Source: Mobula hypostoma (Eukaryota). From it: DNA of 64,000 bases. The notes below the pieces were generated by a model. The model was not told the origin of the DNA. It saw only the letters and a list, made by a program, of their open reading frames with translations, and did no database searches. The stretch covers positions 131,752,001 through 131,816,000 of the forward strand of contig NC_086097.1 of the NCBI RefSeq assembly GCF_963921235.1. The letters run 5' to 3'. A program made the translations under genes and the position numbers. The stretch's first letter is position 1, and the number at the start of each line of letters is the position of its first letter. Below, in pieces: positions 1-12,922 of this stretch.

Positions 1-624
1 ATAGAGTTTTTCAGCACAAAAACCAACACTTCAGCCCAACTCATCCATGCTGACAAATTTGCCCATTTAAACTACACCCACATGCTTCTATTTGGGCCAT
101 GTGCCTCTAAACCTGTGAGGAGTCATGAACAGGAGCTAGGACACAGGTCTCAGTTTCTGAGTTTCCTCCACTCTGCCCTGATCCTTTTAATTTATTTCTG
201 AGGCCAAACATCTTTGAACAATTTTTAAATATCTTGATGATTTGAGGCTTTAAAAAAACTGCTTAGGTAGGTTCAAAAAATAAAAAAAATAAGGACACCT
301 TACAGAACTAGATGTGAATTTAAAAAGATTATGACAAACTGCAATAATGTAAGCAAACCAGCTATAGTTTTTTGTTTTTTTAAATTGGTTGACAGTTCCA
401 TTCAAATGAATAAGGTTGATGTAGTTATTGGGGAAGGGATTTACTTTACCTTAGCATTCAGTTCATCATAGACATGATGGATTGAAGGACCTGCTCCCGT
501 GTTGTACTGCTCCAAGTAGTACGTCAGCCGAATCCTATGCAAAGTTGAGGAGGTAGATATGATTTAATTCACCTCTTCTTCTTGGTACATGTGTGCTTTG
601 CTGTGGAGCTTGACCATGAGCCTA

Positions 625-940
625 AGTCCCACAGCATCAGGTTCAAGAACAACTGCTTTCCTTCAACCATCCAATTCTTGAACTAACCAGCATAACCCTA
701 ATCATTAGAGTTTAGAAACACTATCACCACTTTGATCACTTTGCACTAAAATGGACATTTTTGTTTTGAAATTCTCACTGTGATCTTTTTAAAAAATGTG
801 TATAATTTACGTTTTTTCTTATGAATGCTGCTTTTATGATACTATCTGCCTGTGATGCCGTTGTAACTTACTTTTATTCCACTTTTGTATATGTGCCATT
901 TTGCATGTGATGATAAACTTGACTTTGACTTTGACTTTGA
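625..940 (+). mobile_element. Rex1/Babar-type LINE 3' end with (CTTTGA)n tail
   Basis: 'aggttcaagaacaactgctttccttcaaccatc' resembles the Rex1 ORF end (RFKNSxFPSTI). It is followed by a T-rich UTR and 'gataaacttgactttgactttgactttga'. Confidence 0.6.
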
Positions 941-1231
941 GTCTGGTGGCAGAACAGGTTGGGGCGATTAGTTGTTCCAATACCTCATCTCCAGATTGTT
1001 TTAGACTTCTGCATCTTGACAGGCAGGGAAGTCCAAGGCAAGGTGACCCATGAAGAGGGTATAAGCAGCAGTTCTCCACAAAGCCGTGACCAAAAGTAAG
1101 CCCATTATCTTATCTGCTGTGCTCTGAAAAAGTCTGTCATGGCATAACCACACAAGCCAATGATCAAATCAAATGTCTGCCCACTGAGTTGGTGAATTCT
1201 TTTTAAGAAAAGACAGGAAAACAAGACACTC

Positions 1232-3128
1232 AACCGTCTCGACTTTACCGCACCTTGTCCCCATTCCAAACTCACTCCTTCGGAACGCTCTGCTCTCCAC
1301 TCCCTCCGCACTAATCCTAACATTATTATTAAACCCGCTGATAAAGGGGGTGCTGTTGTAGTCTGGCGTACTGACCTCTACCTTGCCGAGGCACAGCGAC
1401 AACTCGCGGATACCTCCTCTTATTTACCCCTCGATCGTGACCCCACTAAGGAGCACCAGGCCATTGTCTCCCACACTATCAACGACTTTATCCGCTCAGG
1501 GGATCTCCCTTCCACTGCTACCAACCTTATAGTTCCCACACCCCGCACTTCCCGTTTCTACCTCCTACCCAAGATCCACAAACCTGCCTGTCCTGGCCGA
1601 CCTATTGTCTCAGCTTGCTCCTGCCCCACCGAACTCGTTTCTGCATACCTCGACACTGTTTTATCACCCCTTGTTCAATCCCTTCCGACCTATGTTCGTG
1701 ACACTTCTCACACTCTTAAACTTTTCGATGATTTTAAGTTCCCTGGCCCCCACCGCTTTATTTTCACCATGGATGTCCAGTCCTTATATACTTCCATCCC
1801 CTATCAGGAAGGTCTCAAAGCTCTACGCTTCTTTTTGGATTCCAGACCTAATCAGTTCCCCTCTACCACCACTCTGCTCCGTCTAGCAGAATTAGTCCTT
1901 ACTCTTAATAATTTCTCCTTTTGCTCCTCCCATTTCCTCCAAACTAAAGGTGTAGCTATGGGCACCCGTATGGGTCCTAGCTATGCCTGCCTTTTTGTTG
2001 GGTTTGTGGAACAATCTATGTTCCGTGCCTATTCTGGTATCTGTCCCCCACTTTTCCTTCGCTACATCGACGACTGCATTGGCGCTGCTTCCTGCACGCA
2101 TGCAGAACTCGTTGACTTTGTTAACTTTGCCTCCAACTTTCACCCTGCCCTCAAGTTTACCTGGTCCATTTCTGACACCTCCCTCCCCTTTCTAGATCTT
2201 TCTGTCTCTGTCTCTGGAGACAGTTTATCCACTGATGTCTACTATAAGCCTACTGACTCTCACAGCTATCTGGACTATTCCTCTTCTCACCCTGTCTCTT
2301 GCAAAAACGCCATCCCCTTCTCGCAATTCCTCCGTCTCCGCCGCATCTGCTCTCAGGATGAGGCTTTTCATTCTAGGACGAGGGAGATGTCTTCATTTTT
2401 TAAAGAAAGGGGCTTCCCTTCCTCCACTATCAACTCTGCTCTTAAACGCATCTCCCCCATTTCACGTACATCTGCTCTCACTCCATCCTCCCACCACCCC
2501 ATTAGGAATAGGGTTCCCCTGGTCCTCACCTACCACCCCACCAGCCTCCGGGTCCAACATATTATTCTCCGTAACTTCCGCCACCTCCAACGGGATCCCA
2601 CCACTAAGCATATCTTTCCCTCCCCCCCTCTCTGCATTCCGCAGGGATCGCTCCCTACACAACTCCCTTGTCCATTCGTCCCCCCCATCCCTCCCCACTG
2701 ATCTCCCTCCTGGCACTTATCCGTGTAAGCGGAACAAGTGCTACACATGCCCTTACACTTCCTCCCTTACCACCATTCAGGGCCCCAAACAGTCCTTCCA
2801 GGTGAGGCATCACTTCACCTGTGAGTCGACTGGGGTGATATACTGCGTCCGGTGCTCCCGATGTGGCCTTTTATATATTGGTGAGACCCGACGCAGACTG
2901 GGAGACCGCTTTGCTGAACATCTACGCTCTGTCCGCCAGAGAAAGCAGGATCTCCCAGTGGCCACACATTTTAATTCCACATCCCATTCCCATTCTGACA
3001 TGTCTATCCACGGCCTCCTCTACTGTAAAGATGAAGCCACACTCAGGTTGGAGGAACAACACCTTATATTCCGTATGGGTAGCCTCCAACCTGATGGCAT
3101 GAACATTGACTTCTCTAACTTCCGCTAG
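1232..3128 (+). pseudogene. PLE polyprotein (RT + Cys linker + GIY-YIG endonuclease), N-terminally truncated, one frameshift at C7 run 2622-2628
   Basis: My translation is open from 1232 in the frame of ORF 1769: NRLDF...IKPADKGGAVVV...FYLLPKIHK...GRPIVS...MDVQSLYTSI...QTKGVAMG...RYIDD...LPFLD...VYYKPT. After the frameshift it reads PCKRNKCYTC (linker), GVIYCVRCSRCGLLYIGETRRRLGDRFAEH...VATHF...LEEQHLIFRMGSLQPDGMN, ending at TAG 3126-3128. Confidence 0.93.
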
Positions 3129-3557
3129 GCCCCACCTCCCCCTCGTACCCCATCTGTTACTCTTTTTTATGCACACATTCTTTCTCTCACTCTCCTTTTT
3201 CTCCCTATGTCCCTCTGAATATACCTCTTGCCCATCCTCTGGGTCACTCCCCCCCCCCGTCTTTTTTCCCGGACCTCCTGTCCCATGATCCTCTCGTATC
3301 CCCTTCTGCCTATCACCTGTCTAGCTCTCGGCTCCATCCCTCCCCCTCCTGTCTTCTCCTATCATTTTGCATCTCCCCCTCCCCCTCCAGCTTTCAAATC
3401 CCTTACTCACTCTTCCTTCAGTTAGTCCTGACGAAGGGTCTCGGCCTGAAACGTCGACTGCGCCTCTTCCTATAGATGCTGCCTGGCCTGCTGCGTTCAC
3501 CAGCAACTTTGATGTATGTTGCTTGAATTTCCAGCATCTGCAGAATTCCTGTTGTTT
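1235..3557 (+). mobile_element. Penelope-like retroelement (Neptune-type), 5'-truncated, very young copy
   Basis: Direct repeat ACACTCAAC at 1226-1234 and 3558-3566 (TSD). Contains RT, a Cys-rich linker, GIY-YIG, a pyrimidine-rich 3' UTR and a hammerhead motif. Confidence 0.95.
3424..3460 (+). ncRNA. Minimal type I hammerhead ribozyme motif in PLE 3' UTR
   Basis: AGTC-CTGACGA-AGG(GTCTCGG)CCT-GAAA-CG-TC^-GACT. Stem I AGTC/GACT, intact CUGANGA and GAAA cores, palindromic ACGT as stem III, GUC cleavage triplet at 3453-3455. Confidence 0.82.
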
Positions 3558-4356
3558 ACACTCAACATTTACTTGTCAAATGTGGATGGACAACACAAGA
3601 TGACAAAGATGTGGTATGACTTGCAAGCTCCATCGCATTTATTATTTTTTTTAAAAAAAGAGTTCAAAGCACTTAATTGCCATGCACTTTAAAATGATTC
3701 AGTAACTTGCTGGTTAAACCTTTATGACCCAAAGGTACAACCCATTGAAATAGCTCTTGTTGTGGTCGAAATTGAATTCAGTCCACTAAGAACCAACATC
3801 ATTCACCATATAGGACAGTCTCTTGAAATTGCTGATCACGTTTGACCACTATTGCCTGTGGGGCATTTTTGTTTAGTGCCCCTTCCCCTCCCCCTCATGT
3901 GCCACCATTCCCTGATTCTTTTTAACCCTTTTAGCACCTGGGTAATTCAAAGATACTCTCTTCTGAGAAGAAGGATAACAATATTCTTTGAAAAAGGTCA
4001 AAAAATATTGATCCATTCCCCCAACCTCCCCAATTCCTGTTTAAGATTTGAGAGATGCAATGAAAGAGCTAAACGCTTTAAGGAAGCCTTCTTAAAATCT
4101 TAGTTAATATAAAAAAGGATTGAAAATCTTGAGGACTTGCCTCTGCATAAAATACTGCACTGGTCTGTCACTTCAATGCCAATTCTGTTTGGATCTAAGA
4201 TAATTGATTGTATCAGGAGGGGAGATTAGAAGAATTTCTTTCTTGCAATGAATTATTGTGATCTAGACTGCACAGTTCAAGTAGTTTCAACAGTGACTTT
4301 CAAAAGGAAACTGAAAAAGCAGTTTAAAAGGAAAACAGTGGTAAGGCTCTGGGGAA

Positions 4357-4740
4357 GTTCAAAGTTCAAAATTCAAAGTAAATTTATTGTCAAAGTACAG
4401 ATATGTCACCATGTACTACCTTGAGATTAATTTTCTTGCGGGCACACACAGTAAATACAAAGAAACACAATAACGTCAATGAAAAGCACACATGACAAAG
4501 GCGGACAAACAAGCAAAGTGCAAAAGACAAAAAGCTTTGCAAATAGGAAAAAATTTAAAAACTATAAATCAGCAATAAATATTGAGAATTAGAGTTGTAG
4601 GGTCCTTAAGGGTAAGTCCATAGATAGTGCAATCAGTCCAGTGTTGGAATGAGTGAAATTATCCCCTCTGGTTTAAGAGCCCTATGGTTGAGGGGTGATA
4701 ACCTAGTGATGTGAGACTTGAGGCTCCGGTGCCTCCTTCT
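4357..4740 (-). mobile_element. Rex1/Babar-type LINE 3' tail
   Basis: 'aagttcaaagttcaaaattcaaagtaaatttattgtcaaagtac' is the reverse of an AATAAA + (CTTTGAA)n tail. Similar tails occur at 22741 and 28370. Confidence 0.55.
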
Positions 4741-5749
4741 TGATGCCACATCTTGACAAGGAGGTTGTTCATTTCCAAGTTCTGTTCAGTAGGTTATATT
4801 GTTATTTCTCCCACTGCATACATTGGATTGACTTCTGGAATGCACCCACAGATTCAGATAACACATCAAAATTTGCTTTACAATTCTCACTGACTTCTGC
4901 TCCATCGCTTTATGCTGGGTGATAAGTTAAATATAGACAGCAAAATATTGCTGAAATAAGAATGAATCAAGCTACAGACTAAAGCACAAACAAGCTCTTC
5001 TGGTAAACCATGACACAAGAAATTTGATCCTTAACTTCTCAATTGTTCACTCTGCTGTCATTTGATCTAACATATTTCACTTTAATTAATTTGACCACTT
5101 GCATGTACTAAGAAATTACTGAGGTCTTAAGCAAATCGATCTAATGGCCATTTTCAACCACATTGATGTCCTTTCTGGTTTAACTTTGCATTTGTACATT
5201 TTTCAACTAGCACTTTGTGATCTGTGATCATCAACTTCACAAGTCCTTCTCCAAATGATCTGCATTCAAGTTGAATACTTCAGCTTTCAGTTTCTGAGCT
5301 AAATCTTGCCCTTCAATGTTGCTTTGTTAGTGTAGTTGGCTCCAGCTATTGATGACTCTGTATCATGATCTTCATAATACAACAAATATTTCATCAGGGG
5401 CTTAAAGACCAGAATGTTGTTCTCTTTGTCAGTGCTCCCTAGCTGTACTTGTTTTGCTGTTTATCCTTGTCCATGAATCAGCAATCTGGAGGCACATGGC
5501 TTCTCACTATGAGGTACTGACCATTTAGCCAAAGCTTTCACTTGAAGTCTTCCTGCTTTCTGCTTTTACCCTGGTGTTGAAACTGTTGTGTAACCCTTCC
5601 TCATTGTGTTCATGGTAATGTTCTGAAGGAATTTCCTCTGATCTTTACATTGAAAACTCTTCTTTTGTGAAAAAAGCCACATTGCCAGTATTAGTTATCC
5701 TGGATTTAGACTTGCATGATGAGAATATTTATTCAAAGCCATAGTTGAG

Positions 5750-6470
5750 TTCATTGCCATATGCACAAGTACATGTATGCACAGGAGTACTGACAAACTT
5801 ACTTTCACATTCACATACTGTAGTATTTGAGGCACATCATTCACAACAAAAACAGAAGTTAAACATAAATTATACACCTTTTAACAAGGAAGAACACAAT
5901 TAAAACAAAAATGTCTATTGTTGTGCAAAATGATCAGAGTGGACCTGGTGTTGCAGAAGTTGGTTCGTGAACTGAATGGTTAAAAGGAAATAGCTGTTCT
6001 TGAACCTACTGGTGTGAGACTTTAGGCTTCTGTACCTCCTGCTTGATAGCAATTATGAAAAGATGGCATGGCCCGGATAGTGGGATGTTCTGCCTTGTTG
6101 AGGCACCTCATATAGATACTATCAATGGTGGCGAGGGATGGGTCCTTGATGTATTGGGCTGAGTCTACTGCTCTCTTCAGCTTCTTATGTTCCAACATAT
6201 TAGAATTGCTGTTGCACATCATGATGCAAACAGTTAGGATACTTTCAGTAGTACATCTGCAGAACGTGTTAGTGTTCAGTGACAATCTTCTTATCTTCTA
6301 ATAAACTAGAGACACTAGTGTGCATGTTTTTGTGATTGTGTCGATGTGATAGGCCCAGGACCAGCCGTTCAATATGTTACTGCCTGGGAATCTAAAGCTG
6401 CTGGCTCTGTCCACATGAGACCTCTAATGTGGATTAGAACATGCTCACTCTCCTTTCTCTTCCTGACAGG
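5750..6470 (-). mobile_element. Rex1/Babar LINE 3' fragment
   Basis: ORF 6022-6285 'FCRCTTESILTVCIMMC...KKLKRAVDSAQYI' matches the Rex1 RT C-terminal motif FYRCTIESILTGCITVWY...LQRVVKTAQ. Confidence 0.75.
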
Positions 6471-6669
6471 TCAGTTGAAGCATTTTGCAAAATAATAGTG
6501 AGTTCTTTGTTTCCACTACATCTGTAACAATCTCCTAGAGTGTCTAGATTTTCCGCTGGCACTGCAGCCTTATGACTGGAGACTTCATGTGCATTTGAAC
6601 CTTGCATTTGCAAAATTTTTAATAGTTCTTGATTCCACCTCTATAAGTATTGTGATTTCTCATGCAAGA

Positions 6670-7960
6670 AAGAGAGTAGAGATAACCCAAGAAATTATAG
6701 ACCAGTGAGTCTTACTTCAGATCCTGAGAGGCAGGATTTATGGGCATTTGGAGGGACATAAGCTGATTAGAGATAGTCAGCATGGTTTTGTCAAGAGCAG
6801 GTCGTGCCTTATGAGCCTGATTGAATTTTTTGGGGATGTAACAAAATGCGTTGATGAAGATAGAGATGTAGTGTATATGGATTTCTGCAAGGCGTTTGAT
6901 AAGGTTCCCCATGCAAGGCTCATTTAGAAAGTAAGGAGGTATGGGATCCAAGGAGATATTGCTTTGTGGATCCAGAATTGGCTTGCCCACAGAGGGCAAT
7001 AGGTGGTTGTAGATGGTTCGTATTCTACATGGAGGTCAGCGACCAATGGTGTTCCGCAGGGATCTGTCCAGAGACCACTCCTCTTTGTGATATTTATAAA
7101 TGACCTGGATGAAGAAGTAGAAGGGTGGTTTCGTAAGTTTGCTGATGACACAAAGGTTGGGGGCATTGTGGATAGTCTGGGGGGCTGACTGAGGTTACAA
7201 CAGCACATCGATAAGATGCAGAACTGGGCCGAGAAGTGGCAGATGGAGTTCGACCCAGGTAAGTGTGAAGTGGTTCATTTTGGTAGGACAAATTTGAAGA
7301 CAGAATATAGTATTAATGGTAAGACTGTTGGCAGTGTGGAGGATCAGAGAGATCTTGGGGTTTGTGTTCATAGGACGCTCAAAGCTGCTGCACAGGTTGA
7401 CAGTGTTGTTAAATATAGTGTGTTGGCATTCATCATCCTTGAGATTGAGTTCAAGAGCCGTGAGGTAATGTTACAGCTATATAAGACCTTAGTCAGACCT
7501 CACTTGGGGTACTGTGTTCAGTTCTGGTCACCTCACTACAGGAAGGATGTGGATACTATAGAAAAAGTGCAGAGGAGATTTACAAGGATGTTGCCTTGAT
7601 TAGAGAGTGTGCCTTCTGAGAATAGGTTGAGTGAACTTGGTCTTTTCTCCTTGGAGTGACGGAGGATGAGAAGTGACCTGATAGAGGTGTATAAGATGAT
7701 GAAAGGCATTGATTGTGTGGATAGTCAGAGGCTTTTTCCCAAGGTTGAAATGGCTAACACAAGAGGGCATAGTTTAAAAGTGCTTTGAGTAGGTACAGGG
7801 GGGATGTCAGGGGTATGTTTTTCACACAGAGTGGTGGGTGTGTGGGATGCACTGCCAGCGACAGTGGTGGATACAATAGGGTCTTTTAAGGGCCTCTTTG
7901 ATAGGTACATGGAGCTTAGAAAAATAAAGGGCTGTATGGTAGGATAATTCTAGACAGTTT
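6670..7960 (+). mobile_element. CR1 LINE ORF2 (RT) 3' fragment with stops/frameshifts
   Basis: NYRPVSLTS, QHGF, YMDFCKAFDKVPH, GVPQGSV, KFADDTK, WAEKWQMEF, YKTLVRPHL..CVQFWSP, KVQRRFTRMLP. Confidence 0.92.
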
Positions 7961-7965
7961 CTAGA

Positions 7966-8160
7966 GGCCTCCCTCACATTAGCGAGGCTCGACATAGACT
8001 GGGAGACCACTCCGCTGTACAACTGTGCTCTGTCCACCAGAAAAAACAGGATCTCCCACTGGCCATCCACCTCAATTTCACTTCCCATTCCCACCCCGAC
8101 ACGCCAGTCAATGGTCCCCTCTACTGCCGCGACCAGGCCACGCCTGGAGAGAGGAGCAAC
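7966..8160 (+). mobile_element. Degenerate PLE GIY-YIG fragment
   Basis: Colinear with 2866-3060 of the young PLE (agactgggagacc...ctctgtcc...caggatctccca...cccattccca). Confidence 0.8.
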
Positions 8161-8254
8161 TTTGCTTTGATTTGTTACGGCATGCAAGCCATGAACCAAG
8201 CTGACACGTTTGTAACACAACCACTCTCGCTAAAGATTGGAGTCAAACGAAGTT

Positions 8255-8620
8255 AAGTCATTCAGAGTTATACAAGAAAGTACATATGCTGTTGTGCTTC
8301 TTTGATCACCACACCTACATGGAGACACCCGAGGAATTGATGTGTACGCCAAAGAACTTGGAGGTGTTAATGATCTCTACAATAGCTCTGTTGATGAGGA
8401 CCGGACTGAGTCCACATCAACAAACCCCTCTCCCGGTTCCTCACGTCAAGAAGCACTTTCTTCTTCTTGAAGGAAAGGCTTAGTTCATGGTTCTGAGACC
8501 ATAACACATGGCTCATGGTCTTTTTCCTCTACTGCGACTCATCAGTGTTGTTGATCCTGTTATCAGCAAACTTGAATATGCAGCTGGCTCTGTTCCTGGC
8601 TACTAGAGTAGAGCAATGAC
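8255..8620 (-). mobile_element. Decayed Rex1/Babar RT fragment
   Basis: The reverse strand shows FKFADN (YADD-like) and VEIINTSKFFGVH-type Rex1 motifs. Confidence 0.55.
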
Positions 8621-10529
8621 CCAAGTCCTTGCTGAATCTTTCAGAATCCTGCATCTAATGACCTCCATGAGCCTGAACCCAAACTTCAGCTCATGACGAC
8701 TACAGCTAATGTCACACAAGTTTCAATGATATGCAAGTACAATCTGAGTTTAACATACTCAAAAGCTAAACTTCAAGTCTGTGAATTTGCTCACTGACGT
8801 ACATAGAAGATAGGCCGTATATTCAGCATCAAAGAGAGAAATATCCTTCACGAATTTGAGTGAGAAAGATCTGTGTGCTTTGTCGTTCCAGTTGCTCACA
8901 TTTTCATTGTTTGGCCAGATCCTTGTAGAGCCCAGCCTGAGACTGGAAAATGGAAGGAGGTGCTGCCATCTAATTTGTGTAGAAGAGAGCCTCCTGTTAT
9001 ATGCCAATTTGTGGAGGTCTTTGTACTCTGATAACAAAAAAGGTAGGGATCAAAGCCAAATTAATTCTGGCTGGTGTCCATGTTAATGATACATGATATA
9101 ATCTGTAGTGCGACTCTCTCCTGTATCAAACTCCATGGGGTAACAGTGTCAAGGTTTCCACTGTTTAAATTATGATGTTAATCCCGCACTTAAAGTAATT
9201 ACTACTACTTTGCATCATCTACCCAATATAAAAAGCAATGTTAACAGCATTGCCCAGTTGATTAAAATACTTATTAAGGCATTTGGTAAATCTCATTTAA
9301 ATAAGATAGATTATTATTGTTGTTCTTTCTTTTTATCCTATCATGCTATTAGTGGATTAGTGTTTTCCACAGACTAACTTTGATGCTGCATTTTCCTTTA
9401 AGAATGTGTGATGTTGATTATTTTTTATGTTTAAGCAGCTTAATGAAGGTTGTACAGTATGGCTGAGGGTGGCAGGTGGAAACTGTGGAGAATATTCAGT
9501 CCGGATATTGACACCACTTTCCTAGAACTGTGGCTCGGACGACTACAGATCATAATCAATGTCCAAGGCCAGATGAAGTTCACTACTTCTATGTTTTAGC
9601 TCCGTTTGTAATGTAAACAACAAAAGCCCTGGTAGTAAACATTGCTGTTAAGCATTTTGACATTTAAACATTTGAAAATTGTTGAACAGTTAAAAAATAA
9701 GGCACATGTATCTGAATCGGTAAGTTTTAGAAGGATAAAGACCAAATGTAGGCAAACAGGAGTAACTTAGAGAGGAATCTTGGTCGGCATGGACTAGTTG
9801 AGTCAAAGGGCTTATTTCCTTGCTGTATACATTAAATTACTGTCAATAAAACAAAGGTGCAAATACCGTATATAGTGAGATGAAGAACAATGAAGAAAGA
9901 ACTTACTGTTTTTTTATTGAGGATTGATGACCCTATTCTGATGAATAGGGTTTCTTTCCTGTACCTGCCCATGCCTGTAGTGAAGCTGAGGGGCCAGATG
10001 TGAAATGCATCCTATTGTTAATCCAGCTTTGCATGTTGAGGCACATTGACTCTCGGTGGGAAGAAATTCTTTCATTGCCTACCCATTTTGGAAAGGTTTA
10101 GATTTTAGGGCATGGGGATCTGAAGAGATAACCCAAAATATAGCCCAAAAACACACTGGGCTATATTAAGTGGACCATTTGGTTGATTCTTATTACCTGA
10201 GACAGTCTCTCAATCAAGGGTGATGCACATCCAATATTGTTTTCTGAGTCCTATGGTGTCCACTGTGTGCTGTGACAGTGGTGTTAGGTCTAACGGGAAA
10301 CTGCCCAGTTACTGTTCTACCTGTCCTGAGATTCAGGTGGGCCCTAGCACAAATTCTGCCCTGTGATCTCAGAACATTGTCTTTTAAAAATTCTTGCCCA
10401 TGTTTCCAACCTCCAGGGCCGCATCGCTCTCTGTCCTTATCATAGATCCATCCCAGAACTCGGCTTCTCCAGTTATAATCTCTTGTACATCACTGAATTT
10501 AGTCCAATATACAAAGTACCAGAGGAACT

Positions 10530-10975
10530 TGGCTGGTACATAAAGTTGGAGGGAAGGGGTGGGGTAGAACTGGCAAATGGTTGGTGGATCCAGGTGAGGG
10601 GGGCTGATAAGCAACTGGGGGAGGGGTTATGAGAGTGAGAATGACATCAGAAGCCGGGAGGTGATCAGTGGAAGTGACAGACTGCTGAAGATGGTGGAAT
10701 CTAATAGGAGAGGCTGGTGGAGCACAGAATACAGAGAGGGAGGTTGGGAGTGGGACCGGAGGGAGGAGTGATTGAGTGATACGCAGATGGAGATGGAGAG
10801 AATGAGAGAGAAAAAAGACGTAGGACGATAGAGCCAGCAGCATCAGGAAGGAAGAGAAAAGAAACTGAGGAAATGGGTCAGGGGATTTACAATTGCTGGA
10901 TGTTTGAGAAGTTGCTATTCATGCTGCCGGGATGGAGACTGCCCAGGTAGAATATGAGCTGCTGTTCCTCTAACT
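10530..10975 (-). mobile_element. Old PLE 3' fragment (endonuclease C-terminus + pyrimidine-rich UTR)
   Basis: The reverse of 10898-10975 translates LEEQQLIFYLGSLHPGSMNSNFSNI, homologous to the PLE C-terminus at 3050-3128. Confidence 0.8.
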
Positions 10976-12622
10976 TGGCTGAATTTAGACCTTCCACTAT
11001 GGCCAACCCTGCTTTCAACTGCCAATGCCCCAGACTCTGGAATTCTCTCCCATAGTCTGTTCACTTTTTAAAAAATTAGAACTTATTTGTGCAAAATACT
11101 GTTCAAAAAAATGCCTTAACACATCTTCCAATGGCAAGGACACTGTACGAATTCAAAGTGGTCTTGATCAAATTGCTACACGGATGTAAAGAGTTTTTTG
11201 AAGTGGGAAAAAAAACTGTGCCTGGGTTCTAAAGAAGGCTGAATGACCTGAAAAGTTAAGCCTACCTTGCACTCACCACAGGAGACTCATGACCTGCTGA
11301 GAATTTACGGCACTTTCTGTCATTATTTCCGATTTATAGCAACATTTCACTTCTTGTTTAATTCTGCTGCTATTGGTCGTTTCAGGAGTTCATGTGATTC
11401 ATCTCTTTTGTGTCTACCTCTTCTCAATGAGCCAAAACTCCATGGTGATAAGTTCCAGTTTATGGCACATAACCTCAAAGAAATCTGAGAAAAGGTCTCC
11501 GAGAATTGCAAAATGACTCATTATATTCAACTCAGGGAACAGAATAACGTGCCAGTGCTCAGCACTTTATGATGATCTCATCTACTAATTTATTTAATTC
11601 TTTGTAAAAATTCACGCTTCGAATAATTTTGAATTAATGGTCCATTTTCTTTTCCATCTTTAAGCCAGTCTAGAGCCAAGGTGTTTTTACTGCTCTTGTC
11701 CCATTGCTCCAACTGGGCCCTGATCCCATTGATCATGGGCTGTCCCTGACTTTGCGATAGTCTTGGAGCACAGCAGCAAGACCAGGCTCTGAGGAAGTTC
11801 TCAGCCCCTGCATTCCTAATGGAAACCTGTACTGCAGCAACAACCCTTTCTATTTGCATAGTGCCTTCAAACCACTAATTGGTTATTGGATATTATTGTC
11901 ACATGCACTGAGATACAAAGTAAAGCTCTTGTTTGCATGCAATCCAGACAGATCACAGGAGAAAGTGGTTGAGCCAGGTACAAAAAGAACCTTTAAAAGG
12001 AAGGCTTATTTCCATGTTTAAAAGGGAGCTTGATGAATAGAAAAGGGTTGGAATTATGGGTCAAACATGGGACTAGCTTGAATGAGCATCTTGTTCGGTA
12101 AGGACCAAATGGCCTTCAGCAAGGCCATTCTTTCTGTGCTAAATGACTTTATGACGCACTATATATTTCAAGGTAGAGCAAAAGGGAAAACAAAATGCAG
12201 AATATCGAGTTATCAAGAAAATGTAGTGCAAGTAGACAAATAAGGTGCTGACATGGTAGTAGATTGGGAGATCGACAGTTGATCTTTACTGCATGAGAAG
12301 TCTGATCACAATTTTGATAACGGCGGGGTAGAAGCTGTCCATGACCTGGTGATATGTGTTCTCAAGCTTCTATGTATTCTGCCCAATGGGGGGAGAGGGA
12401 GAAGAAAGAATGAATGATAACAAGCATTATCAAAACAAAACAAAACTGTTTACATACACCGTTATCTGTTGTCTGCCTAAGACCATAAGAAACTGTAATG
12501 AGCTGTAGCTACAGGTCAGCACAGCCTTGGAAATAAGCCTTCCTTCCGTGGATTCAGCCTGCTCTTCATGCTGCATTGGTAAAGCAGCCAAGATATTCAA
12601 AGATCCCTCTCACCCCAGACAT

Positions 12623-12808
12623 GGGCCAGAACGGTAGTGTAGTGGTTAGCACAATGCTTTACAGCACCAGTGACCCAGGTTCAATTCCTGCTGCTGCCTG
12701 TAAGATGTTTGTACGTTCTCCCAGTGACTGCGTGTATTTCCTCCGGGTGCTCCGGTTTTCCTGCAGGTGCTCCGGATCGCGTGGGTTTCCTCTAGGTGCT
12801 CCAGAGGC
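12623..12808 (+). mobile_element. tRNA-derived SINE with V-domain-like core (HE1/V-SINE type)
   Basis: A-box-like 'tagtgtagtggtt', B-box 'ggttcaattcc', then 'gtttgtacgttctccc..tgactgcgtg..tttcctccgggtgctccggttt'. The core is partly duplicated. Confidence 0.75.
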
Positions 12809-12922
12809 TAGTGTAACGGTTATGAATCTAAAGTGGGATTCATGGTGGGTTGCAGTAAATTGGTGGCTGATAGTTGGTGGGTTGTTGAAAAACCTGCTTC
12901 TGTGCCTAATTACTATAATTAG

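Noticed and set aside
2615..2635. Programmed ribosomal frameshift between RT and GIY-YIG
   Set aside because: PLEs normally encode RT and EN in one ORF. The break is in a C7 homopolymer, so a simple indel or assembly error is more parsimonious.
1769..2701. Bacterial retron/group II intron/defence RT or telomerase
   Set aside because: The DKG, LPKIHK, GxAMG and YIDD motifs with a downstream GIY-YIG and a TSD identify a Penelope-like element.
8918..9042. Possible host exon (AG...GT bounded, open in one frame)
   Set aside because: The peptide ILVEPSLRLENGRRCC... is not recognisable and no partner exons were found, so support is insufficient without RNA-seq.
12623..12700. tRNA gene
   Set aside because: A/B boxes are present but there is no cloverleaf, and it continues into a SINE core. 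It is a tRNA-derived SINE head.
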